DNA of 64,000 nt from a virus, in IMG/VR virus record IMGVR_UViG_3300031111_000001, positions 32,001 through 96,000 of that record. The stretch is one strand, 5' to 3'. The notes below the pieces were generated by a model. The model saw only the letters and a program-made list of their open reading frames with translations, was not told where the DNA came from and searched no databases. Both the position numbers and the translations under genes were made by a program. Within the stretch, counting starts at the first letter, position 1. Every line of letters begins with the position of its first letter. Shown piece by piece: positions 42,970 through 52,412 of this stretch.

Positions 42970-44065
42970 ACTGATCGTGGAGGTCGTCGCCATCGACGAC
43001 ATCAAGGAGCATCCGAACGCTGACCGCCTGGAACTGGCCGAGGTCAAGGGCTGGCAATGCGTCGTCGGCAAGGGTCAGTTCAAGCCCGGCGACTACGCCG
43101 TCTACCTGCCTATCGACTCGATCCTGCCGGATGATTTGGAGCAGAGGCTGTTTCCGCCCGACGCCAAGGTGAAGCTGAAGAAGTCCCGCATCCGCACGGC
43201 GAAAATCCGTGGCGCGATCTCACAGGGCATGCTGGTCGATCTGGAAGTGTGCGGCCTGGACCCGGCCCAGTGGAAGCCCGGCATGTCCGTCATGGAGAAG
43301 CTGGGCGTCACGAAGTACGAGCCGCCGACGAAGGACGCGCCGGGCTACGTGAAGGCCATCGAAGGCAACCGGAAGGGCTTCCGCAACCCGAACCCCTTCT
43401 TCGCCAAGTACACGGACATGCAGCACCTCCAGAACCGGCCCAGAGCCATCGCCCCGGCAGAGGACGTGATGATCACCGAGAAGATTCACGGCACGTCCTT
43501 CCGCTGCGGCTGGGTGGAGGGCTACCCGGTTACCCTCTGGCAGAAGATCAAGGACTTCTTCGGAATCCTGGGTCACCAGTTCGTGGTCGGCTCCCGCAAC
43601 TGCGAGATCACGGCCCGGAGCAAGACCTTCTACGGCGACGATGTCTACTCCAAGATCGCCAAGCGGTACATGCTCAAGGAACTGCTGGGTATGGGCGTCG
43701 TGATCTACGGCGAAATCTACGGTGACGGCATCCAGAAGGGCTACTGCTACGGCATGCTGGGGGACATCGACCTCGTCGTCTACGAGGTCAAGGTCCGCGA
43801 CAAGTGGATGAACCCCGACGAGGCACGCGAGTTCTGCGAACTGTACGGCCTCCCGTTCGTCCCGGTCCTGTACCGTGGCCCGCTGGGCGAAACCGACATC
43901 AAGGAGCATATGGGTGGCCCGTCCGTGCTGAATCCGGTCCAGAAGGTTCGCGAGGGCTGCGTGGTTCGCTCCATCACCAACGACAAATGCTACGCGGGGC
44001 GCACGGTCTTCAAGTGCATCAACCCCGAGTACCTGCTGTCCAAGAACAACACTGACTGGCACTAA
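42962..44065 (+). CDS. ATP-dependent RNA ligase (Rnl2/DRB0094-like) with N-terminal OB domain
   Basis: HPNADRLELA, TEKIHGT (KxHG), VGSRN, YGEIYG.GIQ, REGCVV, FKCIN..YL. Confidence 0.88.
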   Translation: MAELIVEVVAIDDIKEHPNADRLELAEVKGWQCVVGKGQFKPGDYAVYLPIDSILPDDLEQRLFPPDAKVKLKKSRIRTAKIRGAISQGMLVDLEVCGLDPAQWKPGMSVMEKLGVTKYEPPTKDAPGYVKAIEGNRKGFRNPNPFFAKYTDMQHLQNRPRAIAPAEDVMITEKIHGTSFRCGWVEGYPVTLWQKIKDFFGILGHQFVVGSRNCEITARSKTFYGDDVYSKIAKRYMLKELLGMGVVIYGEIYGDGIQKGYCYGMLGDIDLVVYEVKVRDKWMNPDEAREFCELYGLPFVPVLYRGPLGETDIKEHMGGPSVLNPVQKVREGCVVRSITNDKCYAGRTVFKCINPEYLLSKNNTDWH

Positions 44066-44078
44066 GCCGAGGAATATC

Positions 44079-44372
44079 ATGAAGATCACCCCGAGCAGCA
44101 AGAGTGACCTGTGTCGCAAGGAACTGAAACATCTGGAGCCTTTGGCGACCTTCGTCAGGGAGTACCACGATCTGGACGCCATCCTGAAGGGCACCTACGG
44201 GAAGCGGTTCTCCGTCTATATGGTCCTGCCGCCGTCCACCTACACGGCGGCGTCCGTCAAGTTCGGCAGCGTCATGTGCATCAACCTGCGCACCGGCAAG
44301 CTGGCGAACATCGGCGATCAGACCGCCGTCAACCCCGTGGTTTGCGAGTTGCTCTTCAACAAGGTGTTCTAG
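44079..44372 (+). CDS. Hypothetical protein
   Basis: GAGG RBS, operon position. Confidence 0.65.
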   Translation: MKITPSSKSDLCRKELKHLEPLATFVREYHDLDAILKGTYGKRFSVYMVLPPSTYTAASVKFGSVMCINLRTGKLANIGDQTAVNPVVCELLFNKVF

Positions 44373-44502
44373 TGGTCATCTTCCCATGGGCGCACATGCT
44401 TCTGAAACGCTGCATGTGCGCCCATACTTACCAGCGGCGGTACGACAGACAAAACCCAGAATACATTTACGAACAATGCACGAAATGTGGGAGAAAACGA
44501 TA

Positions 44503-45684
44503 ATGGACCCGAGGCTCAAGCTCACCATCCCCGCCCATGAGATCGAGAGTGAGGCATGGGATCAGATTAAGGCGATCCTTGCCCTGCCGTGCCTGAACAC
44601 CATGGCCGTCATGCCTGATGCCCATTCCGGTTATGATTGCCCCATCGGCGGGGTGGTCCTGCTGCACGACTATGTTTCCCCCGGCTTTGTGGGATTCGAT
44701 CAGGGCTGCGGCATGACCCACGTCAACACGCACCGTCAGGTCGAGGAAATCTGCCCCGAGGGCATGCGCCAGTGCATCTTTGACATGCTGGTGAGCACGA
44801 TCCCCACCGGATTCGCCATGCATGGCACGAAGAACCTCTACGCCCGCTTCGGCCCGAAGCCGTTCAAAACCGCCGGGAAGGGTGGCCTGTGGGTGCAGCG
44901 CATCCATGAGAAAGAGGCCAAGCAGTTCGGCACGCTGGGCGGCGGGAACCACTTCCTTGAGGTCGGCGTCAACGACTTCGGCGAGGTCGGCGTGACCATC
45001 CACAGCGGCTCCAGAAAGCCCGGCTGGCTGGTCGGCAAGCACTACATGGACCTCGCCAAGGCCGAAGGGGAGCAGTACGGCAAGCTCCACCTGTTCCCCA
45101 TCAAGTCCGAGCAGGGGCAGGCGTTCCTGCATGACATGGCGTGGTCCCTGAACTACGCCCTCGCGAACCGGAAGGTCATGATGGCGACGGCCCTGCGCGT
45201 GCTGGGTTTCAGCCCCGCCGAGGTGGCTGAGTTCATCGAGGGCGGCGACATGATCAACGAGAACCACAACCATGCCGAGTACTACGTTTGGAAGTACCCC
45301 GAGGAACCGGGTGGGCGCATGGTGGCTCACCAGATGGTCCTGCACCGCAAGGGTGCGACTCCCGCCGAACTGAACCAGTACGGCGTGATCCCTGCCAACC
45401 AGCGGGACGGCGTCTGGATCACCCGTGGCCTGGGTAACAAGGATTTCCTTGAGTCGGCCTCGCACGGTGCTGGGCGCACCATGTCTCGCACCGCCGCGAA
45501 GAAGACCCTGGACCCGGAAGAGTTCAGGCAACAGATGCTGGGCATCGTTGCCCGCACCGACCTGGGCGTCCTTGACGAGGCCCCCGGCGCGTACAAGGAC
45601 ATTCGCGACGTTCTGAATGCACAGGATGGCATTCTGGTGGACGTGGTGGACCACTTCAAACCTCTGATCGTTTTGAAAGGATAG
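44503..45684 (+). CDS. rtcB: RtcB RNA 3'-phosphate/5'-OH ligase
   Basis: MPDAH.G..CPIG, VGFDQGCG, GTLGGGNHFLE, HSGSR, HNHA, HRKGAT, SHGAGR, DEAPGAYK; start re-assigned to ATG 44503. Confidence 0.95.
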   Translation: MDPRLKLTIPAHEIESEAWDQIKAILALPCLNTMAVMPDAHSGYDCPIGGVVLLHDYVSPGFVGFDQGCGMTHVNTHRQVEEICPEGMRQCIFDMLVSTIPTGFAMHGTKNLYARFGPKPFKTAGKGGLWVQRIHEKEAKQFGTLGGGNHFLEVGVNDFGEVGVTIHSGSRKPGWLVGKHYMDLAKAEGEQYGKLHLFPIKSEQGQAFLHDMAWSLNYALANRKVMMATALRVLGFSPAEVAEFIEGGDMINENHNHAEYYVWKYPEEPGGRMVAHQMVLHRKGATPAELNQYGVIPANQRDGVWITRGLGNKDFLESASHGAGRTMSRTAAKKTLDPEEFRQQMLGIVARTDLGVLDEAPGAYKDIRDVLNAQDGILVDVVDHFKPLIVLKG

Positions 45685-45687
45685 GCC

Positions 45688-45909
45688 ATGGAAATCGAAC
45701 TGAACTGGAACAAAATTCCCTTTGGTATCCGGCTGATCATCATCGGCATCATCGCGTTTTTGATCGGCCTGTGGACCCTGATCCCTGTTTGTAGCTGGCT
45801 TGGCGGAACCATCTTCGCGTGGCCCATGTACAGCACTGCTGGAGTGGTGCTGGTCGGTTCTGTGATCACTACCATCGTCGGCGCGGCTCACTTCATGGAT
45901 AATCTCTAG
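45688..45909 (+). CDS. Small membrane protein
   Basis: Two hydrophobic helices. Confidence 0.65.
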   Translation: MEIELNWNKIPFGIRLIIIGIIAFLIGLWTLIPVCSWLGGTIFAWPMYSTAGVVLVGSVITTIVGAAHFMDNL

Positions 45910-45918
45910 GAGTCCAAT

Positions 45919-46098
45919 ATGAAAATCAACAAGCTCTTTGCCAGCGGTCTGGGCTGCATGTTTGGCGGCATCTGGACGTTCGGCTTTGTCACCCACATCA
46001 CTGGCTCCGGTTCCCTGATGATCGCGTCCCTTGCCACTGCCGCCGTATTGGTGATTATGGGTGTCAAGTTGGTGCAGAAATCAAACATTTTCAAGTAG
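45919..46098 (+). CDS. Small membrane protein (59 aa; not in ORF track)
   Basis: AGGAG RBS; MKINKLFASGLGCMFGGIWTFGFV... Confidence 0.6.
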   Translation: MKINKLFASGLGCMFGGIWTFGFVTHITGSGSLMIASLATAAVLVIMGVKLVQKSNIFK

Positions 46099-46105
46099 AT
46101 TTCGC

Positions 46106-46142
46106 TTGACATTTGTGAAGGAAAATACTATTACCTTCGCAA
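46106..46142 (+). promoter_or_regulatory. sigma70-like promoter plus CCTTCGCAA box
   Basis: TTGACA-N17-TATTAC. Confidence 0.6.
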
Positions 46143-46163
46143 CGCAATCAAAACGGAGATCAC

Positions 46164-47540
46164 ATGAATCTGAGCAACCAAAGACACGTCGCCGGGCACC
46201 TGATAGCGATTCTGAAAGCCGCCGGTCATGACGCCTACATTGTTGGCGGGGCCGTCAGGGACAAGCTCCAGGGCAAGCTCCCCGAGGACGTGGATGTCGC
46301 CACCAGCGCAACACCGGAACAGGTCCAATATGCCTTGGGACAGTTTTTTATCGATACCAAGGTGGTGGGAGAATCCTTCGGGGTGGTTTTGGCTTCCGGC
46401 ATCGAGATCGCCACGTTCCGTAGGGATATCCACAACGGCATCGGCGACAAGAATTGCACCGTGGAGTACGCCAAAACCATCGAAGAAGACCTTTCCCGGC
46501 GCGACTTCACGATCAACGCCATGGCCCTGGACCCGACGAGAAATGAGATCATCGATCCCTTCTGTGGATGGGACGACCTGAACCGCAAGACTCTGCGCTT
46601 TGTCGGTGAGCCGAGCGATAGGATTCTGGAAGACCCCAACAGGATGATCCGCGCTGCTCGTATGATGGCAAAGCTGGGGATGAAGTCTGGCATTTGCCCG
46701 GCAACCCTGAAGGCTATCGTGGAGCATCGTGATTTGGTCCGCACGCACGTTGCCCCGGAGCGCATCCGGTTGGAGATCATGAAGGCTATGAAGCTGGAGC
46801 GGCCCAGCTTGTTCTGGTGGTGGTTACGGGCCTTCGGGATTCTGGAGATTATCCTGCCCGAACTGGACGACCTCTGGGACTGGCCCGGCGGCAAGCATCA
46901 CAAAGAGACTGTCTGGGAACACTCCATGCTGGTGGGAGACGCCATTAGCCCGAAGTTTCCGTTGGTGCGTCTCGCCGGATACCTGCACGACATCGGGAAG
47001 GCTCCCTGTTGGTGCCCCGTGGATGGAAATTTCCTTGGGCATCAGGTGGCCGGAAGCAAGATGGCCGAGGACCGGCTGCTGGAACTGAAGTTCTCCCTGC
47101 GCGAGACGGAGCGCGTCGTCACCCTGATCAGGATGCACATGCGGTCCATCTTCCAGTCTGGCCCCAAGGCCATCCGGCGGCTGCTGGTGGACCTCCAGAA
47201 CGGTCACGTCAGCTACTGCGAGTTCGTCCGTCTGGTCATCGCTGATCACAACGGGAACCTGGGCCAAACGCCGTACAGCTTCAGGGAGATCAAGAAAATC
47301 ATCTTGGCCCTGGAAGCGGAGCAGATCAACTTCTTCGCCGCGAACCGGCCCAGCGACCTGAAGATCAACGGCAACGACGTGATGAAGACCCTGGACCTCA
47401 GGCCCGGCCCGCAGGTTGGCATGGTTCTGCGGAAGCTGTTCGGCTACGTGGACGAAGACCCAGAGCGCAACGAGCGTGGGCACTTGATGTCTGTGTTGAG
47501 CGAGTGGAACTATCCCTACGACTATCTGGAGGCTGCGTAA
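46164..47540 (+). CDS. cca: CCA-adding tRNA nucleotidyltransferase with HD domain
   Basis: VGGAVRD..DVDVAT, EIATFR, DLSRRDFTINAMA, EDPNRMIRAAR, ERIRLE, LHDIGK. Confidence 0.92.
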   Translation: MNLSNQRHVAGHLIAILKAAGHDAYIVGGAVRDKLQGKLPEDVDVATSATPEQVQYALGQFFIDTKVVGESFGVVLASGIEIATFRRDIHNGIGDKNCTVEYAKTIEEDLSRRDFTINAMALDPTRNEIIDPFCGWDDLNRKTLRFVGEPSDRILEDPNRMIRAARMMAKLGMKSGICPATLKAIVEHRDLVRTHVAPERIRLEIMKAMKLERPSLFWWWLRAFGILEIILPELDDLWDWPGGKHHKETVWEHSMLVGDAISPKFPLVRLAGYLHDIGKAPCWCPVDGNFLGHQVAGSKMAEDRLLELKFSLRETERVVTLIRMHMRSIFQSGPKAIRRLLVDLQNGHVSYCEFVRLVIADHNGNLGQTPYSFREIKKIILALEAEQINFFAANRPSDLKINGNDVMKTLDLRPGPQVGMVLRKLFGYVDEDPERNERGHLMSVLSEWNYPYDYLEAA

Positions 47541-48037
47541 TGCCTAGCATCACCAAAGACACCGCTCGTCAGTTGGGTTTGGCATCGCTCATGCTTATGG
47601 CCGGGGCATTCGCCTTCATCTTCTTGATGGCTTCGATGCAGAACCACATTGCTGCCGCAGCGTCCAAATCCATGACCCACATGGAAGAGCGCATCGATGA
47701 CATGCGGCTGGAGTTCGTGCGGAAGATCGACAAGATCATGGCAGCGGAAAAGGGTGTCGCTACGGTTACGTGCTACACAGCCAGCCGGGACGAATGCGAT
47801 AGCACCCCGGACATCGGGGCCATCAACCGCAAAGTCATCCCCGGCAGAACCGTGGCAGTGTCGAGGGACTACACCAAGTACCTTGGAAAGAAAATCTACA
47901 TCGAAGGCATTGGTGAGCGCGTGGTCGAAGACCTCATGAACGCCCGGTACAAGAACCGCGTGGATGTGCTGGTGATCACCAAGAGCGAAGCCTACAAATT
48001 TGGTGTGCAAAAAAGGATGATAGCGTTCTATGATTAG
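47540..48037 (+). CDS. Membrane-anchored 3D-domain protein
   Basis: N-terminal TM helix; VTCYT, VAVSRD, VEDLM, RVDV, AYKFG. Confidence 0.8.
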   Translation: MPSITKDTARQLGLASLMLMAGAFAFIFLMASMQNHIAAAASKSMTHMEERIDDMRLEFVRKIDKIMAAEKGVATVTCYTASRDECDSTPDIGAINRKVIPGRTVAVSRDYTKYLGKKIYIEGIGERVVEDLMNARYKNRVDVLVITKSEAYKFGVQKRMIAFYD

Positions 48038-48251
48038 CAACAAAAACATCGCAAATGTCATCGCGTACCTTGAGGGCATCATCGACGAAGGACGCCCCAA
48101 GGACAAGTACGGCGAGGTTTTCGACTACGTCGGAAGCCATGTTGATGACGCCTACACTCTGGGCCGGGACGATGGAGCGAAGCATGGTGCGTGCGCCGTC
48201 GCGGAAACTGTCTTCGAAATGCTCAACCTTAACCCCAAGGAAATCAAATAA
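48030..48251 (+). CDS. Hypothetical protein
   Basis: Coupled ORF. Confidence 0.6.
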   Translation: MISNKNIANVIAYLEGIIDEGRPKDKYGEVFDYVGSHVDDAYTLGRDDGAKHGACAVAETVFEMLNLNPKEIK

Positions 48252-48517
48252 TGAAAACCAGAGTACAGGTGGCTATTTTTCAAGGAACATACAAGAGTTT
48301 GGAAGTCGTCATGAACAACAAACTCCACCAGCTTTCCATGGATAACACGGCGATCATCGACATCAAGGTGACCCGTGCCAACGACAGCTATGTCTTGGGC
48401 GTCATCACCTACACCGAGAAGCTGGCCGAGGCTGATCCCGAGATCCTGCGGCTGGTGCGCGACGTACAGAATTTTGACGAGGAGGCCGACGATGGCGAGT
48501 ATCGCGAAGCGGCTTAA
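48251..48517 (+). CDS. Hypothetical protein
   Basis: TAATG coupling. Confidence 0.6.
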   Translation: MKTRVQVAIFQGTYKSLEVVMNNKLHQLSMDNTAIIDIKVTRANDSYVLGVITYTEKLAEADPEILRLVRDVQNFDEEADDGEYREAA

Positions 48518-49382
48518 AAGCCTGGAACTGGTCCCCGGAATGCCGCACTTCGTGCCCGACAACGTCCAGTACGAGGTGATCGTCGGTAGCATGGCCTACG
48601 GCGTCAGCACCGACACTTCCGACATGGACGTGTACGGCTTCTGCGTCCCGCCCCGGCACATCGTTTTCCCGCATGAGAACGGCGTGATCCACGGCTTTGA
48701 CGAACAGGTCCAAGGCTTCGCCCAGTATATGCAGCACGGGATCATCGACAAGGACGCCCGGAAGGAATACGACCTGACGATCTTCAATATCGTCAAGTAC
48801 TTCAAGCTGTGCATGCAGAACAACCCCAACATGATCGACAGCCTGTTCGTGCCGCAGACGTGCGTCCTGCACGCCACCCGCGTGGGCCAGATGGTCCGTG
48901 AGCAGCGCAAGCTGTTCCTCCACAAGGGCGCGTGGCATCGCTTCAAGGGGTACGCCTTCAGCCAGATGAAGAAGATGAAGACGAAGAATCCCGAGGGCAA
49001 GCGCAAGGCCATGGTGGAGGAGTTCGGCTACGACGTGAAGTTCGCCTACCACGTCGTGCGGCTCCTGAACGAGGTCGAGCAAATCCTCACAGAACACGAC
49101 ATCGACCTCCAGCGCAACCGGGAGCAGTTGAAGAGCATCCGGCGCGGCGAGTGGAAGCTGGAAGACATCGAGCGCCACTTCGCCGACAAGGAACTGGAGC
49201 TTGAGAAAATGTACCTCGCGTCCACGCTCCAGTACGGCCCCGACGTGGACAAGCTCAAGCAACTGCTGATCGACTGCTTGGAGCAGCACTACGGATCGCT
49301 GGGGAACGCAGTGGTGGTCCCTGGCCGGGACGGGATGATCTTGAACGATCTTGAGGCTCTTTTGCGGCGTTACCGCAGCTAA
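48492..49382 (+). CDS. Nucleotidyltransferase (YcgL/RlaP-like)
   Basis: GSMAYG....SDMDVYG, NPNMID.L, GYDVKFAYHVVRLL; GGAGG RBS before ATG 48492. Confidence 0.85.
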   Translation: MASIAKRLKSLELVPGMPHFVPDNVQYEVIVGSMAYGVSTDTSDMDVYGFCVPPRHIVFPHENGVIHGFDEQVQGFAQYMQHGIIDKDARKEYDLTIFNIVKYFKLCMQNNPNMIDSLFVPQTCVLHATRVGQMVREQRKLFLHKGAWHRFKGYAFSQMKKMKTKNPEGKRKAMVEEFGYDVKFAYHVVRLLNEVEQILTEHDIDLQRNREQLKSIRRGEWKLEDIERHFADKELELEKMYLASTLQYGPDVDKLKQLLIDCLEQHYGSLGNAVVVPGRDGMILNDLEALLRRYRS

Positions 49383-49411
49383 TTTTACTTACCTTCGCAA
49401 TAGGAATCAAC

Positions 49412-49879
49412 ATGTTCATCGAGCGGTTTGAACAGGCCCCCATCGCGGAACTGGCCCGCATGTATTGTGGCGTCTACAACGACGAGTTCTGGGGAGCCAA
49501 CTGGAGCCTCGACGCCGCCCAGGCCCGGCTCATGAGCCTTCGCGGCAAGGGGCACACCGGCTACGTGGCGTGCATGGACGGCCCACAGGTCAACCTGAAC
49601 ACCAAAGCGCCGTGGCAAACCATCGGCATGGTCGTCGGCGTTCAGGAGTACTGGCACTTTGGGGCCTTCTTCATCATCAAGGACTTCTGTGTGGCGAAGC
49701 AGTGGCAGCGCATGGGAGTGGGCAAGAAGCTCATGGAAGCACTGCTGAACACGCTCAAAAACACCAACGTCAACAAGGTGTGCGTCATGACGAGGGGTGG
49801 CTCCGACTGCATCGATTTCTACAAGAAGCACGGACTCCATACCATCAACTCCATGCACTTCATGGGCTGCGATCTGTAG
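49412..49879 (+). CDS. GNAT acetyltransferase
   Basis: FCVAKQWQRMGVGKKLM, FYKKHG. Confidence 0.88.
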   Translation: MFIERFEQAPIAELARMYCGVYNDEFWGANWSLDAAQARLMSLRGKGHTGYVACMDGPQVNLNTKAPWQTIGMVVGVQEYWHFGAFFIIKDFCVAKQWQRMGVGKKLMEALLNTLKNTNVNKVCVMTRGGSDCIDFYKKHGLHTINSMHFMGCDL

Positions 49880-49887
49880 GAGATCAA

Positions 49888-50244
49888 ATGCAAAATCATA
49901 TCAATGCTCTGGCCGACATGATTGGCAAGAATGTGTTCTTGGTGGACACAACCACGCCCGACATCATTATGGGCATCTTAAACAGTATCACCATCGACGG
50001 TGGAGATGGCGTGTCGGTGATGATCAACGTCGATGGAGACGACTGGCAGGCAGGTGCCGATGGGGTTTTCGGTTCGTTTGACGCGGCCCGCAAGGCGTTG
50101 TCCGACCACTACCGCGAAATGGCCGAAGCCGCCGAAGGGCTGGAAAACCGCTTCGTTGCCCCCGAGGTTACCGGCGAGGAAGAGGCCCAGCAAGAAGACG
50201 ACCTGGAGGACGCCCTGTTGGGTGCCGTGAAGGACGACGAATGA
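49888..50244 (+). CDS. Hypothetical acidic protein
   Basis: AGGAG RBS before ATG 49888. Confidence 0.65.
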   Translation: MQNHINALADMIGKNVFLVDTTTPDIIMGILNSITIDGGDGVSVMINVDGDDWQAGADGVFGSFDAARKALSDHYREMAEAAEGLENRFVAPEVTGEEEAQQEDDLEDALLGAVKDDE

Positions 50245-50798
50245 TCGTTGTAAACCTCTACGGAGGCCCTAGTGCCGGGAAAAGTACCGTCGCCCTGGGC
50301 CTGACCCATCTACTGAAGATGGAACACCTTGAGGCCGAGTTTGCAAACGAATACGCCAAGGCTCTGACTTTGGAGGGCCGGGCAAACATTCTCAAAAGGG
50401 ACCAACTGTACATCTTCGCCAAACAGCATCGGAAGCTCCAGCGGTTAGAGGAAGCCGGTTGCCGAATCGCCGTGACCGATTGCCCGCTATTGCTGTGCTG
50501 CGTCTACTTTGGCCCTGGCAACCGATACCCGAGGAGTGCTTTCAATTCTTTGGTGATTGGTACTCACGACACCTACGAGAACTGGAACTTCTTTTTGAAG
50601 CGTGACCCGCAGAACCCCTACCAGCAATTTGGACGCTCACAGAGCCTGGAAGAAGCAGAGGCACTGGATAGTATGATCCGCTCTACTCTGCGACGAATGC
50701 GTGTTGGGTACGATGTGTTGGTGGGGGATGAAGAAGCAGTTCCGACAATCTTCAACGCGGTAATGAGCCGCATCGAACACAACAAGGAAGTAGCATGA
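50241..50798 (+). CDS. P-loop kinase (NadR/AAA_28-like)
   Basis: NLYGGPSAGKST, EYAK, VTDCPLL, GRSQ. Confidence 0.8.
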   Translation: MIVVNLYGGPSAGKSTVALGLTHLLKMEHLEAEFANEYAKALTLEGRANILKRDQLYIFAKQHRKLQRLEEAGCRIAVTDCPLLLCCVYFGPGNRYPRSAFNSLVIGTHDTYENWNFFLKRDPQNPYQQFGRSQSLEEAEALDSMIRSTLRRMRVGYDVLVGDEEAVPTIFNAVMSRIEHNKEVA

Positions 50799-51037
50799 GC
50801 GAACCCATCAAAGACAAGGCCGGAAACGAACTGAACGTGGGCGATCTGATCGCGTCTGCCGTGTGCGTCTACCAGAATTGCGCCCTGCGTATTGGCAAGA
50901 TCATTCGGTTCACCAAGACCGGCTTGATCACGATCACCAAGGAGAAGGACAGCATGCAGATGTGGGACTCCAAGGACTACTGCACCGTCCGTCCCGGCAA
51001 CAGCATCCTGCTTGCAGAGGCTGCAAATGTCCTGTGA
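50795..51037 (+). CDS. Hypothetical protein
   Basis: KDKAGNELNVGD start common in small phage SH3-like proteins. Confidence 0.6.
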   Translation: MSEPIKDKAGNELNVGDLIASAVCVYQNCALRIGKIIRFTKTGLITITKEKDSMQMWDSKDYCTVRPGNSILLAEAANVL

Positions 51038-52097
51038 GGTTTTTTTCGACCTGAACAACCTCGCGCACCGGGTCTTCTTCGGCATGAAGGAGATCAAGGC
51101 GCAGGGGCCGTATCCTGAATATGCGCTGTGGCACTACATTATGTACACGCAGATCAACGACTTCCTCTCGACGGTGCCCGGCGATCTGTCCAAGGTGATC
51201 CTGGCCGTGGACGACCAGAGGAACTGGCGCAAGCTGATCTACCCGCCGTACAAGGCCGACAGGGCCGGGAAGCGTGCCGCCCAGGCAGAGCGCGATGTCA
51301 AGGCCGGGAAGCAGCCCGTGGACATGGAGAAGTTCTATGCGGAATACGAGAAGTTCATCGTGTACGCCCAGACATACCTCCCGTTCCACACCCTGCGCCA
51401 GAGATTTGCCGAGGCTGACGACATCATCGGCATCCTGGCCTTGCGGAACTCCGACACAGACCCTGGATGTACGTCGATTATCGTCAGCGCGGACGAGGAT
51501 TATCTCCAGTGCTTCCGTAGCAGGAAGATGGGCCGTGGCCCCGTGTTGATCTTCGATCCCCTGAAGCGGCAGTACCGGGAGTGCGAGAACACCGAGCGGT
51601 TCCTTGAGGAGCGGTTCCTCATGGGCCAGAAGAAGGATAATATCTTCAACTGCCTGACACCCTCGACGTGGGATAAGATGTCCGAGCGGAAGGGTAGCAG
51701 GAAGCCCGCCTTCGGCGCGACGGCTGCTGAAAAGGCCCTGGCTGGCGCTCACCGGCTGCTCTGTCCGACGCACGATCCCAAGAACAGACGTGAACTGGTG
51801 TCCGAGTTCATGGACAAAAAGGCAGCGGTCAAAATCAAGCGCGACAAAGAAACCGGCAAGATGGTGAAGCCCAACTTCTACCGGGGGTGGCGGCACCGCG
51901 TCAGACGCAACCGGCGTCTGATCGATCTTCGCCAGATTCCGCAGCCTCTGGTTGACGCGGTTCTGGCCCAGGATGCCGCCTATGCCGTACCCGGCCCGGA
52001 AATGCTGGAGGCGTACTTCGCCGCCTACAATTGGCCTTCTATTATCCCGCAACTTCAAACCATCCAGCAGCGTTACGCTGGACTTTACAGGAGCTAA
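51027..52097 (+). CDS. 5'-3' exonuclease / RNase H (FEN-like)
   Basis: DLNN, NWRKLIYPPYKADR, EADDIIG, SADED, DNI, RNRRLIDL. Confidence 0.88.
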   Translation: MSCEVFFDLNNLAHRVFFGMKEIKAQGPYPEYALWHYIMYTQINDFLSTVPGDLSKVILAVDDQRNWRKLIYPPYKADRAGKRAAQAERDVKAGKQPVDMEKFYAEYEKFIVYAQTYLPFHTLRQRFAEADDIIGILALRNSDTDPGCTSIIVSADEDYLQCFRSRKMGRGPVLIFDPLKRQYRECENTERFLEERFLMGQKKDNIFNCLTPSTWDKMSERKGSRKPAFGATAAEKALAGAHRLLCPTHDPKNRRELVSEFMDKKAAVKIKRDKETGKMVKPNFYRGWRHRVRRNRRLIDLRQIPQPLVDAVLAQDAAYAVPGPEMLEAYFAAYNWPSIIPQLQTIQQRYAGLYRS

Positions 52098-52098
52098 C

Positions 52099-52395
52099 AT
52101 GGACCGTGAACAGTGTCGCAAAGAAGTGAGGGATGTCTGTGACAACCTCCACAAGGAAATCTGGACTTTTGGCCTTCAGCTTTCGGGCTGGATTTTTTGC
52201 ATCATCATGGCAATCATCACGCTGATCACCGGCAAGTTCCTGCTGACTGTGGGTTTCGTTCTGGTCTGGATCATGTGGACTGTCAGCCTGAAGAAGTCCC
52301 TCACCGAACTGGCCGCGATCCCTGGCTGCAACAGGGACGGACGGCCCCGTTTCCTCTCCGGGGGTGATTCCACCTCCGGGGGTGGTTTCGCATAA
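52099..52395 (+). CDS. Small membrane protein
   Basis: AGGAG RBS; two TM helices. Confidence 0.65.
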   Translation: MDREQCRKEVRDVCDNLHKEIWTFGLQLSGWIFCIIMAIITLITGKFLLTVGFVLVWIMWTVSLKKSLTELAAIPGCNRDGRPRFLSGGDSTSGGGFA

Positions 52396-52412
52396 GGGAG
52401 GGTGGTGCCCTT

